Positions 46,181 through 57,221 of a stretch of 64,000 nucleotides of DNA are shown piece after piece. Origin of the DNA: an uncultured Armatimonadetes bacterium (lineage in GTDB: Bacteria > Armatimonadota > UBA5829 > DTJY01); the NCBI GenBank assembly GCA_963717145.1, contig OY970325.1, forward strand, positions 2,400,001-2,464,000, in the 5' to 3' direction. Every line of letters begins with the position of its first letter. Within the stretch, counting starts at the first letter, position 1. The notes beneath the pieces were generated by a model. The model made no database searches. It saw only the letters and a program-made list of their open reading frames with translations, and was not told the DNA's origin. The translations under genes were made by a program, and so were the position numbers.

Positions 46181-46948
46181 CTAGGCCGGTGTCTCTCCAT
46201 CCTGGAGAGTCAGGATGTCCGGGCCGGACTTCGTCACCGCCACGGTGTGCTCGAAATGAGCCGACAACCTTCGATCGCGCGTCACGACGGTCCATCTATC
46301 GGGCAGCCCCTCGACCTGATGTCCTCCGAGGTTCACCATCGGCTCGATGGCAAGGGTCATCCCCGCTTCGAGTCGCGGCCCCCGTCCGGGACGCCCGAAG
46401 TTCGGGACCTGCGGGTCCTCATGCAGGTCTCGCCCGATCCCATGACCGACGAGATCGCGAACTACCGAGTAGCCGTGAGACTCGGCGTACTGCTGAATCG
46501 CGTTCGAGATATCCGTCAGCCTGTTCCCTACTCTGGCCTGCCGAATGCCGCTGAAGAGCGACCCTCGGGCGACTTTCAGCAGCCTCGCGGCCTCCGAAGA
46601 GACATCTCCGATGGGGATCGTGATCGCCGAATCGCCGTGATAGCCGTCGACGATCGCCCCAAGGTCTACTCCGATGATATCGCCTTCGTTGAGCACTTTC
46701 GGACCTGGAATGCCGTGGACGACTTCCTCGTTCACGGCCACACAGAGCACTGTAGGGTAGCCTCTGTAACCTTTGAACGATGGAATCGCTCCGCTGCTCT
46801 CCAGGAACTCCTCGGCCAACCTGTCCAGATCGGCTGTGGTCGTCTTGCCCGGCACGATCGATTCCCTGATCGCCACCAACGCGGCTGCCACAACGCTCCC
46901 CGCGGCCCGCATCTTCTCGATTTCCGCGTTGCTCTTCAGTATGATCAT
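46181..46948 (-). CDS. map: Methionine aminopeptidase type I
   Basis: VVHGIP, GYHGDSA, GHGIG..LHE, AIEPM, AHFEHT. Confidence 0.96.
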   Translation of the reverse strand: MIILKSNAEIEKMRAAGSVVAAALVAIRESIVPGKTTTADLDRLAEEFLESSGAIPSFKGYRGYPTVLCVAVNEEVVHGIPGPKVLNEGDIIGVDLGAIVDGYHGDSAITIPIGDVSSEAARLLKVARGSLFSGIRQARVGNRLTDISNAIQQYAESHGYSVVRDLVGHGIGRDLHEDPQVPNFGRPGRGPRLEAGMTLAIEPMVNLGGHQVEGLPDRWTVVTRDRRLSAHFEHTVAVTKSGPDILTLQDGETPA

Positions 46949-46962
46949 GCCGGCGACCAGCC

Positions 46963-47038
46963 GGGAATGGTTGATGTCTGATGGCTGATGGTTGATGGGG
47001 ATGCCATCAACCATTGACCATCAACCATCAACCATTCC
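46963..47038. repeat. Inverted pair of 7-bp repeat tracts (gatggtt/aaccatc) at adk-map junction
   Basis: ggaatggttgatgtctgatggctgatggttgatgg...ccatcaaccattgaccatcaaccatcaaccattcc. Confidence 0.7.
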
Positions 47039-47659
47039 CAGCTTCTCCCTAACCAGGCCGAATATCTCCTCTACGCTTCCCGTGGCAGGTATCCTGATCA
47101 GGACACCTGCTCGGTCGTAGTAATCTATCAAAGGCGCTGTCTGTGCGCGGTAGACCTCGAGCCTGCGCTCTATGGCTTCAGGCTGGTCGTCCGCCCGGGT
47201 GATCAGCTCACCCTCGCATTTTCCGCACGTTTTCGAATCGGTCGCCCCATAGGTGGCGCCGCACGATCCGCAGACCCGTCGCCCGCTCAGTCGTCGAACG
47301 AGTTCCTCGTCCGGCACTTCGAAGCTCATGACGGCGTCCAGGCAGTCCCCGCTCTCGGAGAGCGCCTTGTCGAGCGCCTCGGCCTGGGCGACGGTCCGAG
47401 GAAAGCCGTCCAGCATGAAGCCTTTCTTGTACTCCGGCTGCCGGAGACATTCCGATACGATACCGATGACGACCTGGTCCGGGACGAGTTCGCCCTTTGT
47501 CATATATGATTCGGCACGGCGGCCAAGCTCGGTGCCCTGCTTGACCGCCTCGCGCAGCATATCTCCCGTCGAGATATGCGGTATGTCGTATTCCTTCTGG
47601 ATCAGGGAGGCCTGCGTACCCTTCCCTGCGCCCGGCGGGCCCAAAAGCACCAGTTTCAT
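47021..47659 (-). CDS. adk: Adenylate kinase
   Basis: GPPGAGKGTQ, HISTGDMLR, LDGFPR, Cys4 lid. Confidence 0.97.
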   Translation of the reverse strand: MKLVLLGPPGAGKGTQASLIQKEYDIPHISTGDMLREAVKQGTELGRRAESYMTKGELVPDQVVIGIVSECLRQPEYKKGFMLDGFPRTVAQAEALDKALSESGDCLDAVMSFEVPDEELVRRLSGRRVCGSCGATYGATDSKTCGKCEGELITRADDQPEAIERRLEVYRAQTAPLIDYYDRAGVLIRIPATGSVEEIFGLVREKLGMVDG

Positions 47660-47661
47660 GG

Positions 47662-48939
47662 TTACTTGATGAACCCCTCGTAGTGCCTCATCAGCAGGTG
47701 AGCTTCGATGGCCTGCATGGTCTCCAGAGCTACGCCCACGACGATCAGCAGCGACGTGCCTCCGACGAGATAGAAGGTCTGCACTCCGGTGATCGCCGGC
47801 GACCAGTACTGCATCAAGGCAATCGCTGCCAGGAAGACCGCGCCGGCAAGCGTGATCCGTGACATGACGCGATCCAGAAACTCCAGCGTCGGCTTGCCGG
47901 GCCTGATGCCCGGGATGAAGCTTCCGTATTTCTTCAGGTTATCCGCTACCTCGCTGACGTTGAACGTTACAGCGGTGTAGAAGTACGTGAAGAAGATGAT
48001 CAACGCGGCATAGAAAATCGCCGCAAATGCATTGTCCGCCGGATTCGACCACTTGGCGAACCCTTGGAAGAACTGACCGAACTTGCCCGTACCCGCGAAC
48101 GGTGCGATCGTCTGCGGCAGGAGCTGCAGAGAGATCGCGAAGATGATCGGGATGACTCCCGCGGAGTTCACCCTGAGCGGCAGGAACGATGTCGACCCAC
48201 CGTAGACCTTGTGGCCGACAACCCGTTTCACGTGTTGAATGGGTATCTTGCGCTGTGCCTGCTGGATGATAACGATGCCGACCACCGTTCCGAGGAACAG
48301 AATCCCCATGCCAATGACTCGGATAGGCGCGTAGGCGCCTCCCGACATCAGTTCCCATGTGCTCAGGATCTGCGGCGGAAGGCTGGCGACAATGCCGGCG
48401 AAAATGAGCATCGAGACGCCGTTTCCGATGCCCTTGTCCGTAATCTGCTCGCCGACCCACATCAGGAACGCAGTCCCGGCGGTCAGAGTCAGCACGATCT
48501 GCAGGAATGTCAGTGTGTTGACGTTGAGGACGCCTGTGCTCATCAGGTACTTGTTCATACCGATTGCCTGGAACGCCGCGAGGAAGCCGGTGAGATACCT
48601 GGTATACTGCGATATCTTCTTGCGCCCGTGTTCGCCTTCCTTTACCAATGCTTCGAGGCTCGGGACGGCTATTGTCAGGAGCTGCATGATAATCGACGCG
48701 TTGATGTACGGAGCGATACCCATCGCGAAGACGGTATACTTCTTGAGCGCTCCGCCCGAGAACACGTCAAGCATTCCCAAGACGCCGCCACCAGCGAACA
48801 GCTCGGCCATCTTCGCCTTATCGATACCCGGTACAGGAATGTGCAGCCCGACCACGAAGATCGCAAACATCCCAAAAACGAATAGGATGCGCTTTCTCAG
48901 GTCAGGAAGCTTGAACGCTGCTATCAGTGATGCCAGCAT
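47662..48939 (-). CDS. secY: Preprotein translocase SecY
   Basis: GIAPYINASII, GIGNGVS, AGVIPIIFA, IPGIRPG, GGTSLLI. Confidence 0.98.
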   Translation of the reverse strand: MLASLIAAFKLPDLRKRILFVFGMFAIFVVGLHIPVPGIDKAKMAELFAGGGVLGMLDVFSGGALKKYTVFAMGIAPYINASIIMQLLTIAVPSLEALVKEGEHGRKKISQYTRYLTGFLAAFQAIGMNKYLMSTGVLNVNTLTFLQIVLTLTAGTAFLMWVGEQITDKGIGNGVSMLIFAGIVASLPPQILSTWELMSGGAYAPIRVIGMGILFLGTVVGIVIIQQAQRKIPIQHVKRVVGHKVYGGSTSFLPLRVNSAGVIPIIFAISLQLLPQTIAPFAGTGKFGQFFQGFAKWSNPADNAFAAIFYAALIIFFTYFYTAVTFNVSEVADNLKKYGSFIPGIRPGKPTLEFLDRVMSRITLAGAVFLAAIALMQYWSPAITGVQTFYLVGGTSLLIVVGVALETMQAIEAHLLMRHYEGFIK

Positions 48940-48942
48940 GTC

Positions 48943-49377
48943 TTACAGTACCTCCGTCGTACCACCCTTGGCCTTGATCTTCTCTTCGGCACTCTGACTA
49001 AAATGGTGCGCGCGCACTGTGACTGCGCGATCGATGTCGCCGCGCCCAAGCACTCGCAACCCCGACCGAAGCTCGTGGATGATGCCCTTCTCCAGCAGGA
49101 GCTGAGGGGTGATGATCTCATCTTCGAGCTTGGCCAAAGTCTCAATGTTGACTATGGCATATTCTTTCTTGAATATGTTGTTGAAGCCGCGAGTGTGAGG
49201 GACCCGGCGATGAAGGGGCGTCTGTCCGCCTTCAAAACCGGCTCGAACCTTGTTCCGTGCCTTCTGGCCCTTGTGGCCCTTGCCGGCGGTCTTGCCCGTG
49301 CCCGAGCCTATCCCTCGCCCCACTCGCTTTCGCTCTCGTACAGATCCCTCCGCGGGTCTGAGTTCACTGAGTTTCAC
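48943..49377 (-). CDS. rplO: 50S ribosomal protein L15
   Basis: [18 protein letters not shown]. Confidence 0.98.
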   Translation of the reverse strand: MKLSELRPAEGSVRERKRVGRGIGSGTGKTAGKGHKGQKARNKVRAGFEGGQTPLHRRVPHTRGFNNIFKKEYAIVNIETLAKLEDEIITPQLLLEKGIIHELRSGLRVLGRGDIDRAVTVRAHHFSQSAEEKIKAKGGTTEVL

Positions 49378-49400
49378 AATCTGCCTCCTGGCTGGCTAGC

Positions 49401-49431
49401 TGTTGGGGAGGGAGTTGAACTCCCTCCCCAA
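49401..49431. repeat. Perfect hairpin between rpmD and rplO
   Basis: ttggggagggagtt-g-aactccctccccaa. Confidence 0.6.
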
Positions 49432-49441
49432 CGGTTACTGG

Positions 49442-49618
49442 TCAATCTACCTGCTCGACTTCCACCAGATGAGTGACCTTCCGGATCATCCCGCGGATCT
49501 GCGGGTTGTCCGGCTGGACCTTGGAGGAATTGAGCTTGCCCAGACCGAGCGCCTTGACGGTCAGTTTCTGGGTCTTTTCGAATCCTATCGTGCTCTTTCT
49601 CAGAGTGATCTTAAGCAT
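49442..49618 (-). CDS. rpmD: 50S ribosomal protein L30
   Basis: [12 protein letters not shown]...ALGL...[12 protein letters not shown]. Confidence 0.95.
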   Translation of the reverse strand: MLKITLRKSTIGFEKTQKLTVKALGLGKLNSSKVQPDNPQIRGMIRKVTHLVEVEQVD

Positions 49619-50214
49619 TCTCCTGACCCTCCGCCGCGACGACCGCAGTCTCCTCGCCCTCGGCTTCGGGCGCCCGGGACTCCGCTGGCCGCGGCCATGG
49701 TCCTCAGAACACCCTTGGGGAGCATATCCTCGATGGACTTCCCTCTGAGCCGGGCGACGTCTTCGGCCCTCTTCAACTGGCGCAACCCGTCCATGGTGGC
49801 ATGTGCCGTGTTGATCGCGTTGGACGAGCCCAGCGACTTGCCGAGCACATCGCGAACTCCCGCGCACTCGAGGATCGCTCTGACCGAACCGCCGGCGACG
49901 ACTCCCGTGCCGGGAGCGGCGGGCTTCATCAGGACCAGAGATGCTCCTGCGGTGCCCTGAACCTGGTGGGGAATGGTCGAACCGACGAACGGTACCTCGT
50001 AGAGGTTCTTCTTCGCATCCTCCATGCTCTTTCGCACCGCATCCGGAACGCTTCGAGCCTTGCCGAGCCCGATCCCGACGTGTCCGTTGTGGTCGCCGAC
50101 GACTGAGAGCACGCTCCAACTGAGGGTGCGTCCACCCTTGTGGGTCTTCTGCACCTTGTTGGTTCGTATGACGCGCTCTTCGAGGTCGAGCAAATCTGCT
50201 TTGATCTTCGGCAT
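49600..50214 (-). CDS. rpsE: 30S ribosomal protein S5 (3' end possibly frameshifted)
   Basis: [27 protein letters not shown]. Confidence 0.95.
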   Translation of the reverse strand: MPKIKADLLDLEERVIRTNKVQKTHKGGRTLSWSVLSVVGDHNGHVGIGLGKARSVPDAVRKSMEDAKKNLYEVPFVGSTIPHQVQGTAGASLVLMKPAAPGTGVVAGGSVRAILECAGVRDVLGKSLGSSNAINTAHATMDGLRQLKRAEDVARLRGKSIEDMLPKGVLRTMAAASGVPGARSRGRGDCGRRGGGSGECLRSL

Positions 50215-50230
50215 AGAAATCCTCCTAGAA

Positions 50231-50292
50231 CCGTAGGGGAGACCTTCCACGGTCTCCCGTGTCGGGCGGGCATTGAAGCACCGCCCCTACGG
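50231..50292. repeat. GTAG-type composite REP between rplR and rpsE
   Basis: ccgtagggg...cccctacgg with two internal hairpins. Confidence 0.75.
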
Positions 50293-50307
50293 AATATATC
50301 TGCTTCC

Positions 50308-50667
50308 CTAGAACTCCAGACCGCCGGATCGGGCGGCTTCGGCGAGGGTTTTCACTCTGCCGTGGAAGATATATCCGCCACGGTCGAATACCACTTGCTT
50401 GATGCCCTTTTCCTGGGCGCGCTTCGCTACCAGTTCGCCGACAGCCTTGGCCGCTTCAACGTTTCCGCCGCTCTTGATCTGCCCTTTGACTTCAGGATCC
50501 AGAGTCGAGGCGGCGACCAGCGTCTTGCCTTCTTTGTCATCCACGATCTGAGCGTAGATGTTGGTGAGGCTGCGGTAGACGTTAAGCCGCGGTCTCTCGG
50601 GGCTGCCGACCACTTTCTTGCGGACACGCGAGTGTCTGGACTGGCGCAATTCTTCTCTACTAGCCAT
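50308..50667 (-). CDS. rplR: 50S ribosomal protein L18
   Basis: [21 protein letters not shown]. Confidence 0.98.
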   Translation of the reverse strand: MASREELRQSRHSRVRKKVVGSPERPRLNVYRSLTNIYAQIVDDKEGKTLVAASTLDPEVKGQIKSGGNVEAAKAVGELVAKRAQEKGIKQVVFDRGGYIFHGRVKTLAEAARSGGLEF

Positions 50668-50687
50668 TGATTCTCAGCCTCCCAAGC

Positions 50688-51242
50688 TTACGTCTTGCCG
50701 CTCTTACCGACCTTGCGGCGCACAGTCTCGGTCGAGTATCTGATTCCCTTGCCCTTGTACGGCTCGGGCTTTCGGATAGCTCTGATCTCGGCGGCCTGTT
50801 GACCAACGACCTGCTTGTCGATGCCACGGACCTTGACCAGAGGCAGTCTGGTGTTCACTTCCTGGGCCACCTCGAATTCGATCCCCGGGCGCGGCGTTAC
50901 GTCGACGGGATGGGAGTATCCGACCTGAATATTCAGGTTCAGACCAGCCATCTGCGCGCGGTAACCTACGCCGTGAATCTCGAGTGTCTTCTCATAGCCC
51001 TTGGTGACGCCCTCGACCATGTTAGAGACGATAGTTCGTGTCAACCCGTGAAGGGATCGGTGCGTCTTTCCATCCGACGGCCGCTCGACGAGGACGTTGC
51101 CGCCCTCGACTTTGACGATCATCTCGGGATGGATGCTCTTCGTCAGCGTACCCTTCGGTCCCTTAACGGTGACCGAGCCGTCGCTGATCTGCACGTCTAC
51201 CCCGCCGGGAATAGGAATCGGCATCTTGCCTATTCTCGACAT
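50688..51242 (-). CDS. rplF: 50S ribosomal protein L6
   Basis: MSRIGK, GVGYRA, PEPYKGKGI. Confidence 0.98.
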   Translation of the reverse strand: MSRIGKMPIPIPGGVDVQISDGSVTVKGPKGTLTKSIHPEMIVKVEGGNVLVERPSDGKTHRSLHGLTRTIVSNMVEGVTKGYEKTLEIHGVGYRAQMAGLNLNIQVGYSHPVDVTPRPGIEFEVAQEVNTRLPLVKVRGIDKQVVGQQAAEIRAIRKPEPYKGKGIRYSTETVRRKVGKSGKT

Positions 51243-51254
51243 AGCTAAATCCTC

Positions 51255-51653
51255 CTACCACACATAGCACAGTATCTCGCCACCCACGTGAAGCCTTCGC
51301 GCCTCACGGTCGGTGATCACACCCCTGGAGGTGCTGATAATTGCGATCCCGAGGCCGCCGAGAACTCGTGGGAGATCTCCGCGCTTCGAGTAGACGCGCA
51401 GACCCGGCCTGCTCACCCGCTTCAGATTGGTGATAACCTTTTCCTTGTGCGGGCCGTACTTCAGGGCGATCTTCGCTCGGCTCTGTGCCTTGTCTTTGAC
51501 CAGTTCGTGAGTCTTGATGAACCCCTCCGACTGAAGAATCTTGATGATCTCCACGATCAGACGGGATGCAGGCACTTCGACTTGGTCGTGACCTGCTGAA
51601 TTCGCGTTGCGGATCCTGGTCAACAAATCCGCTACCGGGTCTGTAACTGCCAT
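51255..51653 (-). CDS. rpsH: 30S ribosomal protein S8
   Basis: [31 protein letters not shown]. Confidence 0.98.
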   Translation of the reverse strand: MAVTDPVADLLTRIRNANSAGHDQVEVPASRLIVEIIKILQSEGFIKTHELVKDKAQSRAKIALKYGPHKEKVITNLKRVSRPGLRVYSKRGDLPRVLGGLGIAIISTSRGVITDREARRLHVGGEILCYVW

Positions 51654-51737
51654 GTATAGTCCTCCATGCGCCTGGGCGCCAGGTCCGTCTCGAAAGACGT
51701 CCACGCCCGGTTCGCTCCCCCCACCGTTGGGGTCCCC

Positions 51738-51807
51738 GTAGGGGCGAAGCATTGGCTGCTGCCGGCCGACGATCTCGCTCTATCGGCAGCCAATGCTTCG
51801 CCCCTAC
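51738..51807. repeat. Family H REP doublet between rpsN and rpsH
   Basis: gtaggggcgaagcattggctgc...gcagccaatgcttcgcccctac. Confidence 0.85.
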
Positions 51808-51814
51808 AGAAGGT

Positions 51815-52000
51815 TTACCAGCTCGACTTGGTCACGCCGGGGACGAATCCCTGGTGAGCCAATTCTCTGAAACAAATCCTGCAGATGCCAAATTTCCGGA
51901 TGAATCCGCGAGGCCTGCCGCAGAGCCTGCAGCGGTTGTACTTGCGGACCTTGAACTTCGGCGTCTTATTGGCTTTTTCTATGAGTGCTTGCTTTGCCAA
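51815..52000 (-). CDS. rpsN: 30S ribosomal protein S14 type Z (Zn-binding)
   Basis: 61 aa; [16 protein letters not shown]. Confidence 0.97.
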   Translation of the reverse strand: MAKQALIEKANKTPKFKVRKYNRCRLCGRPRGFIRKFGICRICFRELAHQGFVPGVTKSSW

Positions 52001-52020
52001 CTGGCCTAATCTCCTCGCTG

Positions 52021-54102
52021 TTATTCTTCAGCTTTTTCTTTCTTACGCTGGTCTATGATCAACTGTGCCTGGTGTGCAGGCACCTGCTCGTAGTGTGACG
52101 GATCGACCTTGAATGTGCCGCGCCCTCTCGCGATCGAGCGCAGATCGATGGCGTATCTCTGCATCTCCGACTGGGGAACGGTGCCTCGGATGAGCTGCTT
52201 CCCATCCCCGATCTGTTCCATGCCCAATATCCGGCCTCTCTTGCCGTTCAGGTCGCCGATCACGTCGCCCATGTATTCTTCCGGCACGACTACTTCGACG
52301 GTCACAATCGGTTCGAGCAGCACTGGATTGGCCTTCTCGGCGGCGGCCTGGAAGGCGATGATTCCTGCCATCTTGAACGCCATTTCCGAGGAGTCCACTG
52401 TATGGAACGAGCCATCATACACGATGGCGCGGATATCTACGACAGGGAAGCCGGCGAGAATGCCTCTGTCCATCGCTTCCCTGATGCCTTTTTCGACGGC
52501 GGGTATGTACTGCCTCGGGATAGACCCGCCTACGACCTGGTCGACGTACTCGAAGCCCTCGCTGCGCTCTCTCGGCTGCAGCTCGACCCACGCGTCACCG
52601 TACTGCCCTCGGCCGCCGGTCTGCTTCTTGTGCTTCCCCTGGGCCTTGGCGCCGGTCATGATCGTCTCACGATACGGGATCTTCGGCATGGCGGTGTCGA
52701 CTTCGACGCCGAACTTGCTCTTCAGGCGATCGACAATGATATCGACATGAGTTTCTCCCATGCCGGAAACCAATGTCTCGCCGGTCTCCACCTCGCGCCG
52801 GTACTGGAACGTCGGATCTTCGTCCGCCAGCTTGACGAGGCCCGGACCGAGCTTGTCCTCATCGGTCTTCGTCTTGGCGAAGATCGCGACCGAGTAGATC
52901 GGCGCAGGAAACTCGATCGGCGGGTACACGATCGGCTTGCTTCGATCGCAGAGCGTATCTCCGGTCGATGTATCTGCCAGCTTGGCCACGGCGCCGATGT
53001 CGCCTGCATGAACCTCTGGGGTAGCTTCCTGGTTCTTGCCTCGCAGGAAATAGACCTGGCCGATGCGCTCGTCTGCGCCCCTGGTGGAGTTGAAGACGTG
53101 CGAATCGGACTTGAGCACCCCCGAGTATACCTTGAAATATGTCAGCTTGCCGACATACGGGTCGGCCAGTGTCTTGAATACGAGCGCAGAGAACGGCTCG
53201 GTGTCGGCCGCCTTGCGTTCTTCCTTCGCTTCCGACTGCGGGTTCGTTCCCTCAGCCGCGGGCACGTCGGCCGGCGATGGGAAGTCGCGGACGATGCAGT
53301 CGAGCGCTCCCGAGATGCCGATGTTCCTGACGGCCGATCCACAGAGTATGGGCACGACTTTGCCGGCCTTGACGCCGAGCATCAGACCGTGTGCGACCTC
53401 ATCATTGGTCAGCCCTTCGCCCTCGAGATACTTGTTCAGCAGGTCATCATCGTTCTCAGCGGCGGCTTCCACCAGCGCCTCACGGTACCGCGCGACGACG
53501 TCGGCCATGGCGCCGGGTATCTCGCCGACTGTCGGCTGCTTGCCGGTCCCGGTGACGGCCTTCATAGCGACGAGGTCTACGTATCCTTCAAAACTGTCTT
53601 GCGAGCCGATCGGCACCCAGATGGGAACCACTCGGTTGCCGAAACGGACCTTCAGGGCCTCGGCGACTGCAAAGAAGTCGGCGTTCTCTCTCTCCATCTT
53701 ATTGACGAAGATGCCCCTGGCGATCCCGATCTCATTGGCGATATCCCACGCCGACTCGGAGCCTACTTCTATGCCGGATACCGCGCAAACGACCAGCATC
53801 GCACCCTCGACGACTCGGAGCGCGCCCTTCACGTCACCGACGAAGTCCGTGTATCCCGGCGTGTCGATCAGGTTGATCTTCGAATTCTTCCACTCACACG
53901 GCGCGAGTGCGGCGTTGATGCTGATCTTGCGCTTGATCTCGTCCTGGTCATAGTCGGAGGTCGTGGTACCGTCATCAACCTTGCCCAGCCTGTCGATGGC
54001 GCCGGCGTTGAACATCAACGCCTCGGTAAGAGAGGTCTTGCCACAGCCGCCATGGCCGGCCAGTGCTATATTGCGTATGGATTCAGCGGTGTATGCTTTC
54101 AC
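52021..54102 (-). CDS. Elongation factor G paralogue (EF-G2 / EF-G II type)
   Basis: Five-domain EF-G layout; [46 protein letters not shown]. Confidence 0.93.
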   Translation of the reverse strand: MKAYTAESIRNIALAGHGGCGKTSLTEALMFNAGAIDRLGKVDDGTTTSDYDQDEIKRKISINAALAPCEWKNSKINLIDTPGYTDFVGDVKGALRVVEGAMLVVCAVSGIEVGSESAWDIANEIGIARGIFVNKMERENADFFAVAEALKVRFGNRVVPIWVPIGSQDSFEGYVDLVAMKAVTGTGKQPTVGEIPGAMADVVARYREALVEAAAENDDDLLNKYLEGEGLTNDEVAHGLMLGVKAGKVVPILCGSAVRNIGISGALDCIVRDFPSPADVPAAEGTNPQSEAKEERKAADTEPFSALVFKTLADPYVGKLTYFKVYSGVLKSDSHVFNSTRGADERIGQVYFLRGKNQEATPEVHAGDIGAVAKLADTSTGDTLCDRSKPIVYPPIEFPAPIYSVAIFAKTKTDEDKLGPGLVKLADEDPTFQYRREVETGETLVSGMGETHVDIIVDRLKSKFGVEVDTAMPKIPYRETIMTGAKAQGKHKKQTGGRGQYGDAWVELQPRERSEGFEYVDQVVGGSIPRQYIPAVEKGIREAMDRGILAGFPVVDIRAIVYDGSFHTVDSSEMAFKMAGIIAFQAAAEKANPVLLEPIVTVEVVVPEEYMGDVIGDLNGKRGRILGMEQIGDGKQLIRGTVPQSEMQRYAIDLRSIARGRGTFKVDPSHYEQVPAHQAQLIIDQRKKEKAEE

Positions 54103-54118
54103 CTGGATAGACCCCTTC

Positions 54119-54661
54119 CTAGCGCTCGCGGAACGGCATGCCCATTGCCTTCAGAAGGCCGCGGGCCTCCTCGTCGGTTCTGGCTGTCGTGGTTATGATG
54201 ATGTCCATGCCTCGGACCTTGTCGATCTTGTCGTAGTCGATCTCAGGGAAGATCAACTGCTCTTTGAGGCCCATCGCGAAATTCCCCCGGCCGTCGAATG
54301 AACTCGGGGAAACTCCCCCGAAGTCGCGGACTCTCGGCAGCGTCACGTTGAACAACTTGTCGAGGAATTCGTACATGCGGGTGCCGCGCAGGGTCACCTT
54401 GGCGCCGATGCGCATCCCGGTCCGAATCTTGAAGTTCGCAATGGACTTCTTGGCCTTCGTGATGACGGGCTTCTGGCCGGAGATGGTCGTCATGTCGCGG
54501 ACGGCGCCATCCAGCACCTTCGGGTCCTGGACCGCCTGGCCGACACCCATATTGATGACCACCCGGTCTACCCTGGGCACCTGCATGACGCTGTCATAGT
54601 TGAACTGCTTCATGAGCGCGGGTACCACTTCGTCTCTAAATTTGTCTTTAAGTCGAGCCAC
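54119..54661 (-). CDS. rplE: 50S ribosomal protein L5
   Basis: INMGVG, GQKPV, LPRVRDF, FDGRGN. Confidence 0.98.
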   Translation of the reverse strand: MARLKDKFRDEVVPALMKQFNYDSVMQVPRVDRVVINMGVGQAVQDPKVLDGAVRDMTTISGQKPVITKAKKSIANFKIRTGMRIGAKVTLRGTRMYEFLDKLFNVTLPRVRDFGGVSPSSFDGRGNFAMGLKEQLIFPEIDYDKIDKVRGMDIIITTTARTDEEARGLLKAMGMPFRER

Positions 54662-54674
54662 TTGTCATGCCCCC

Positions 54675-55016
54675 TCAGGTCTCGTCGATATACTCGTGGC
54701 AGTGCTTGCACGTGCGGACGTGCTTGTCCTCGACGCTCTCACTGCCGACGCGGGAAGGTTCGCCGCAACGCGGACAGATCAGCATAACCTTGCCGATCGC
54801 CAACGGCGCAGGCTTGGTGATGCGACCGGTCTGCATCTGCGGAGTCGCCCTCGTCCTGCTGCTCTGCCTGGGCTTCTGGTGCTTGGTCACCATATTCATG
54901 CCTTCTACGATGACCTCGCCCTTGGTCGGGAGCGTCTGGAGGACTTTCCCTTTGCCGCCCTTGTCTTTGCCGGCGAGCACCACTACCTGGTCGCCTTTTT
55001 TGATTCTCATTTTCAT
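54675..55016 (-). CDS. rplX: 50S ribosomal protein L24
   Basis: KKGDQVVVLAGKDKG KOW motif; CPRC...CKHC. Confidence 0.97.
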   Translation of the reverse strand: MKMRIKKGDQVVVLAGKDKGGKGKVLQTLPTKGEVIVEGMNMVTKHQKPRQSSRTRATPQMQTGRITKPAPLAIGKVMLICPRCGEPSRVGSESVEDKHVRTCKHCHEYIDET

Positions 55017-55030
55017 GTCGATTGCCTCAC

Positions 55031-55399
55031 CTACAGTACCTCGGGCGCGAGGGATATGATCTTCATGAAGTTCTTCTCTCGCAGTTCCCTCGCGACGGGG
55101 CCGAATATTCGGGTGCCCCTGGGCTCACCGGCCGGGTTGATGACCACAGCCGCATTGTCATCGAAGCGCAGTGTGGAGCCATCGTTCCTGCGGACAGGCT
55201 TCTTGGTGCGCACTACGACCGCCTTCACGACGTCGCCCTTCTTGACCGCCGCTCCGGGTGTAGCCGATTTCACTGCCCCGACGATGATATCGCCCACGTC
55301 GGCAAACTGGTTGTTGGAGCCCTTCATGACGCGGATGCACATAATCTCACGTGCACCCGAGTTGTCGGCTGCTTTCAAGCGTGTATACGGCTGTATCAT
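55031..55399 (-). CDS. rplN: 50S ribosomal protein L14
   Basis: [21 protein letters not shown]. Confidence 0.98.
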   Translation of the reverse strand: MIQPYTRLKAADNSGAREIMCIRVMKGSNNQFADVGDIIVGAVKSATPGAAVKKGDVVKAVVVRTKKPVRRNDGSTLRFDDNAAVVINPAGEPRGTRIFGPVARELREKNFMKIISLAPEVL

Positions 55400-55440
55400 T
55401 ATTCGATACCCTTCTTACTATAAAAGACTTTCGATGTCCA

Positions 55441-55467
55441 GGGCCGGCACTGAGGCACGGCTTCTAC
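55441..55467. repeat. Single family C REP arm supplying the rpsQ stop
   Basis: gggccggcactgaggcacggcttctac. Confidence 0.75.
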
Positions 55468-55724
55468 TTGGCCTTCTCGACGACGCGCACGACTCTCCAG
55501 CGCTTCTCGCGACTGATCGGACGGGTCTCCATGATCTCGACGAGATCGCCCATGCCGATTTCGTTGCTCTCATCGTGCGCCTTGAGCTTCTTGGTCCGCC
55601 TCATGATCCGACCATATAGCGCATGGCGAATCCTCGATTCCACGGCGACGATGACGGTCTGATCCATCTTGTCGCTGATGACTCGGCCGCTGCGGACCTT
55701 GCGTCTGCTTCTGGCTTCCTCCAT
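55464..55724 (-). CDS. rpsQ: 30S ribosomal protein S17
   Basis: SDKMDQT, AHDE, ETRPIS. Confidence 0.97.
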   Translation of the reverse strand: MEEARSRRKVRSGRVISDKMDQTVIVAVESRIRHALYGRIMRRTKKLKAHDESNEIGMGDLVEIMETRPISREKRWRVVRVVEKAK

Positions 55725-55727
55725 GGG

Positions 55728-55949
55728 TTAACCTTGTCCTTTCGCCGCTTCGAGTTCTTTCTCTCGAATAATAGTCAGGATCCGGGCGATATTCTTGCGA
55801 GCCACAGAGAGCCTCTGGGGATTCTCGAGCTGCTTCATCGCGGATTCCCGCCGGGCAATGAAGAGGGTTTTCCTCTCATCCTGAAGCATCCGCTCCAGTT
55901 CCACGCCGGAAGCCTGTCGAAGCTGGTCTCTATGCTGAGCTACCTTCAT
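55728..55949 (-). CDS. rpmC: 50S ribosomal protein L29
   Basis: QLENP...RKNIARILT; operon position. Confidence 0.92.
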   Translation of the reverse strand: MKVAQHRDQLRQASGVELERMLQDERKTLFIARRESAMKQLENPQRLSVARKNIARILTIIREKELEAAKGQG

Positions 55950-56370
55950 GAACCTCACCCAACTCCTTCTTCGTCACGAACTTCGTTGCGATAGGGAGCT
56001 TATGGGCAGCCAGTCTCATAGCTTCCTTGGCAAGCTCCTCATTGACTCCGGCCATCTCGAACAGCATTCGGCCGGGCTTTATGACGGCGACCCACACTTC
56101 GGGAGCGCCCTTACCGGATCCCATTCGGGTCTCAGCCGGCTTCTTGGAGACCGACTTGTCCGGGAAGATGCGGATCCAGATCTGGCCGCCCCTCTTGACG
56201 TGCCTCGTCATCGCAATTCGTGCTGCTTCTATCTGATTGCTGGTCATCCAGCAATGTTCGAGCGCCTGCAGACCGAAATCGCCGAAGTCGATATTCGTCC
56301 CGCCCTTGGCCTTGCCGGCGCGCGATCCACGATGCATCTTGCGATGCTTGACCTTCTTTGGCATCAACAT
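55930..56370 (-). CDS. rplP: 50S ribosomal protein L16
   Basis: [25 protein letters not shown]. Confidence 0.98.
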   Translation of the reverse strand: MLMPKKVKHRKMHRGSRAGKAKGGTNIDFGDFGLQALEHCWMTSNQIEAARIAMTRHVKRGGQIWIRIFPDKSVSKKPAETRMGSGKGAPEVWVAVIKPGRMLFEMAGVNEELAKEAMRLAAHKLPIATKFVTKKELGEVHEGSSA

Positions 56371-56372
56371 GG

Positions 56373-57209
56373 CTAACCAGCACCCCCCGTTCGATCTCCG
56401 CCGCCGCGACCGCCACGGCCTCCGCCGCCGCCACGACCGCCACCGCCACGGCCTCCTCCACCTCCGGGGCCGCGACCGCCGCCGCCGCCACCAGGTCCGC
56501 CACGGCGCTCACCTCTCGGGTAGCGCGGTGGCATGGCCTCGCCCTCGGGAGCCGTTGCCGTCACGTTCATGTCGGCTTTCTGGCCGGGCAGGATGTCGCC
56601 TCGGTAGATCCAGACTTTGATGCCGATGTTGCCGTACGTCGTCGCTGCCTCGGCGAATCCGTAATCTATATCTGCGCGCAGTGTGTGAAGCGGAATCTTG
56701 CCCTGCTTATCGCCCTCTTTGCGCGCGATTTCCGCCCCGCCGAGTCGACCGGAACACAGCACCTTGATGCCCTTCGCCCCCATGCGCATGGTGCGCTGGA
56801 TGGACTGGCGCATGGCTCTCCGGAACGCGATTCTCTTCTCGATCTGGCTCGCGATACTCTCCGCCACAAGCTGCCCGTCGAGTTCCGGCCGGCGGACCTC
56901 CTGTACGTTGACATGGACCTGCTTGCCGGTCATCCTCTCGAGGAAAAGTCTCAGATCGTCGACTCCCTTGCCTCCGCGGCCGATGATGATGCCGGGCCGG
57001 GCGGTGTGGAGCGTGATCTTGACTCGGTTCGCCGCGCGCTCTATCTCGATCCTCGCGATTGCGGCGGCGAAAAGCTTCTTCTTGATATACCGGCGCAGCT
57101 TGACGTCCTCGACCAGCGCATCCGCGTAACCCTTGTCCGCGTACCACTTGCTATCCCAGTCTCGGATGACGCCGATTCGGAATCCTATTGGATGGATCTT
57201 CTGACCCAT
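56373..57209 (-). CDS. rpsC: 30S ribosomal protein S3 with RGG-rich tail
   Basis: [39 protein letters not shown]. Confidence 0.98.
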   Translation of the reverse strand: MGQKIHPIGFRIGVIRDWDSKWYADKGYADALVEDVKLRRYIKKKLFAAAIARIEIERAANRVKITLHTARPGIIIGRGGKGVDDLRLFLERMTGKQVHVNVQEVRRPELDGQLVAESIASQIEKRIAFRRAMRQSIQRTMRMGAKGIKVLCSGRLGGAEIARKEGDKQGKIPLHTLRADIDYGFAEAATTYGNIGIKVWIYRGDILPGQKADMNVTATAPEGEAMPPRYPRGERRGGPGGGGGGRGPGGGGGRGGGGRGGGGGRGGRGGGDRTGGAG

Positions 57210-57221
57210 GCTAACTCTCCT

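Noticed and set aside
46949-47014. Extended Map N-terminus (MVDGIPINHQPSDINH...)
   Set aside because: Derived from the heptamer repeat; the canonical MIILKS start at 46948 is preferred.
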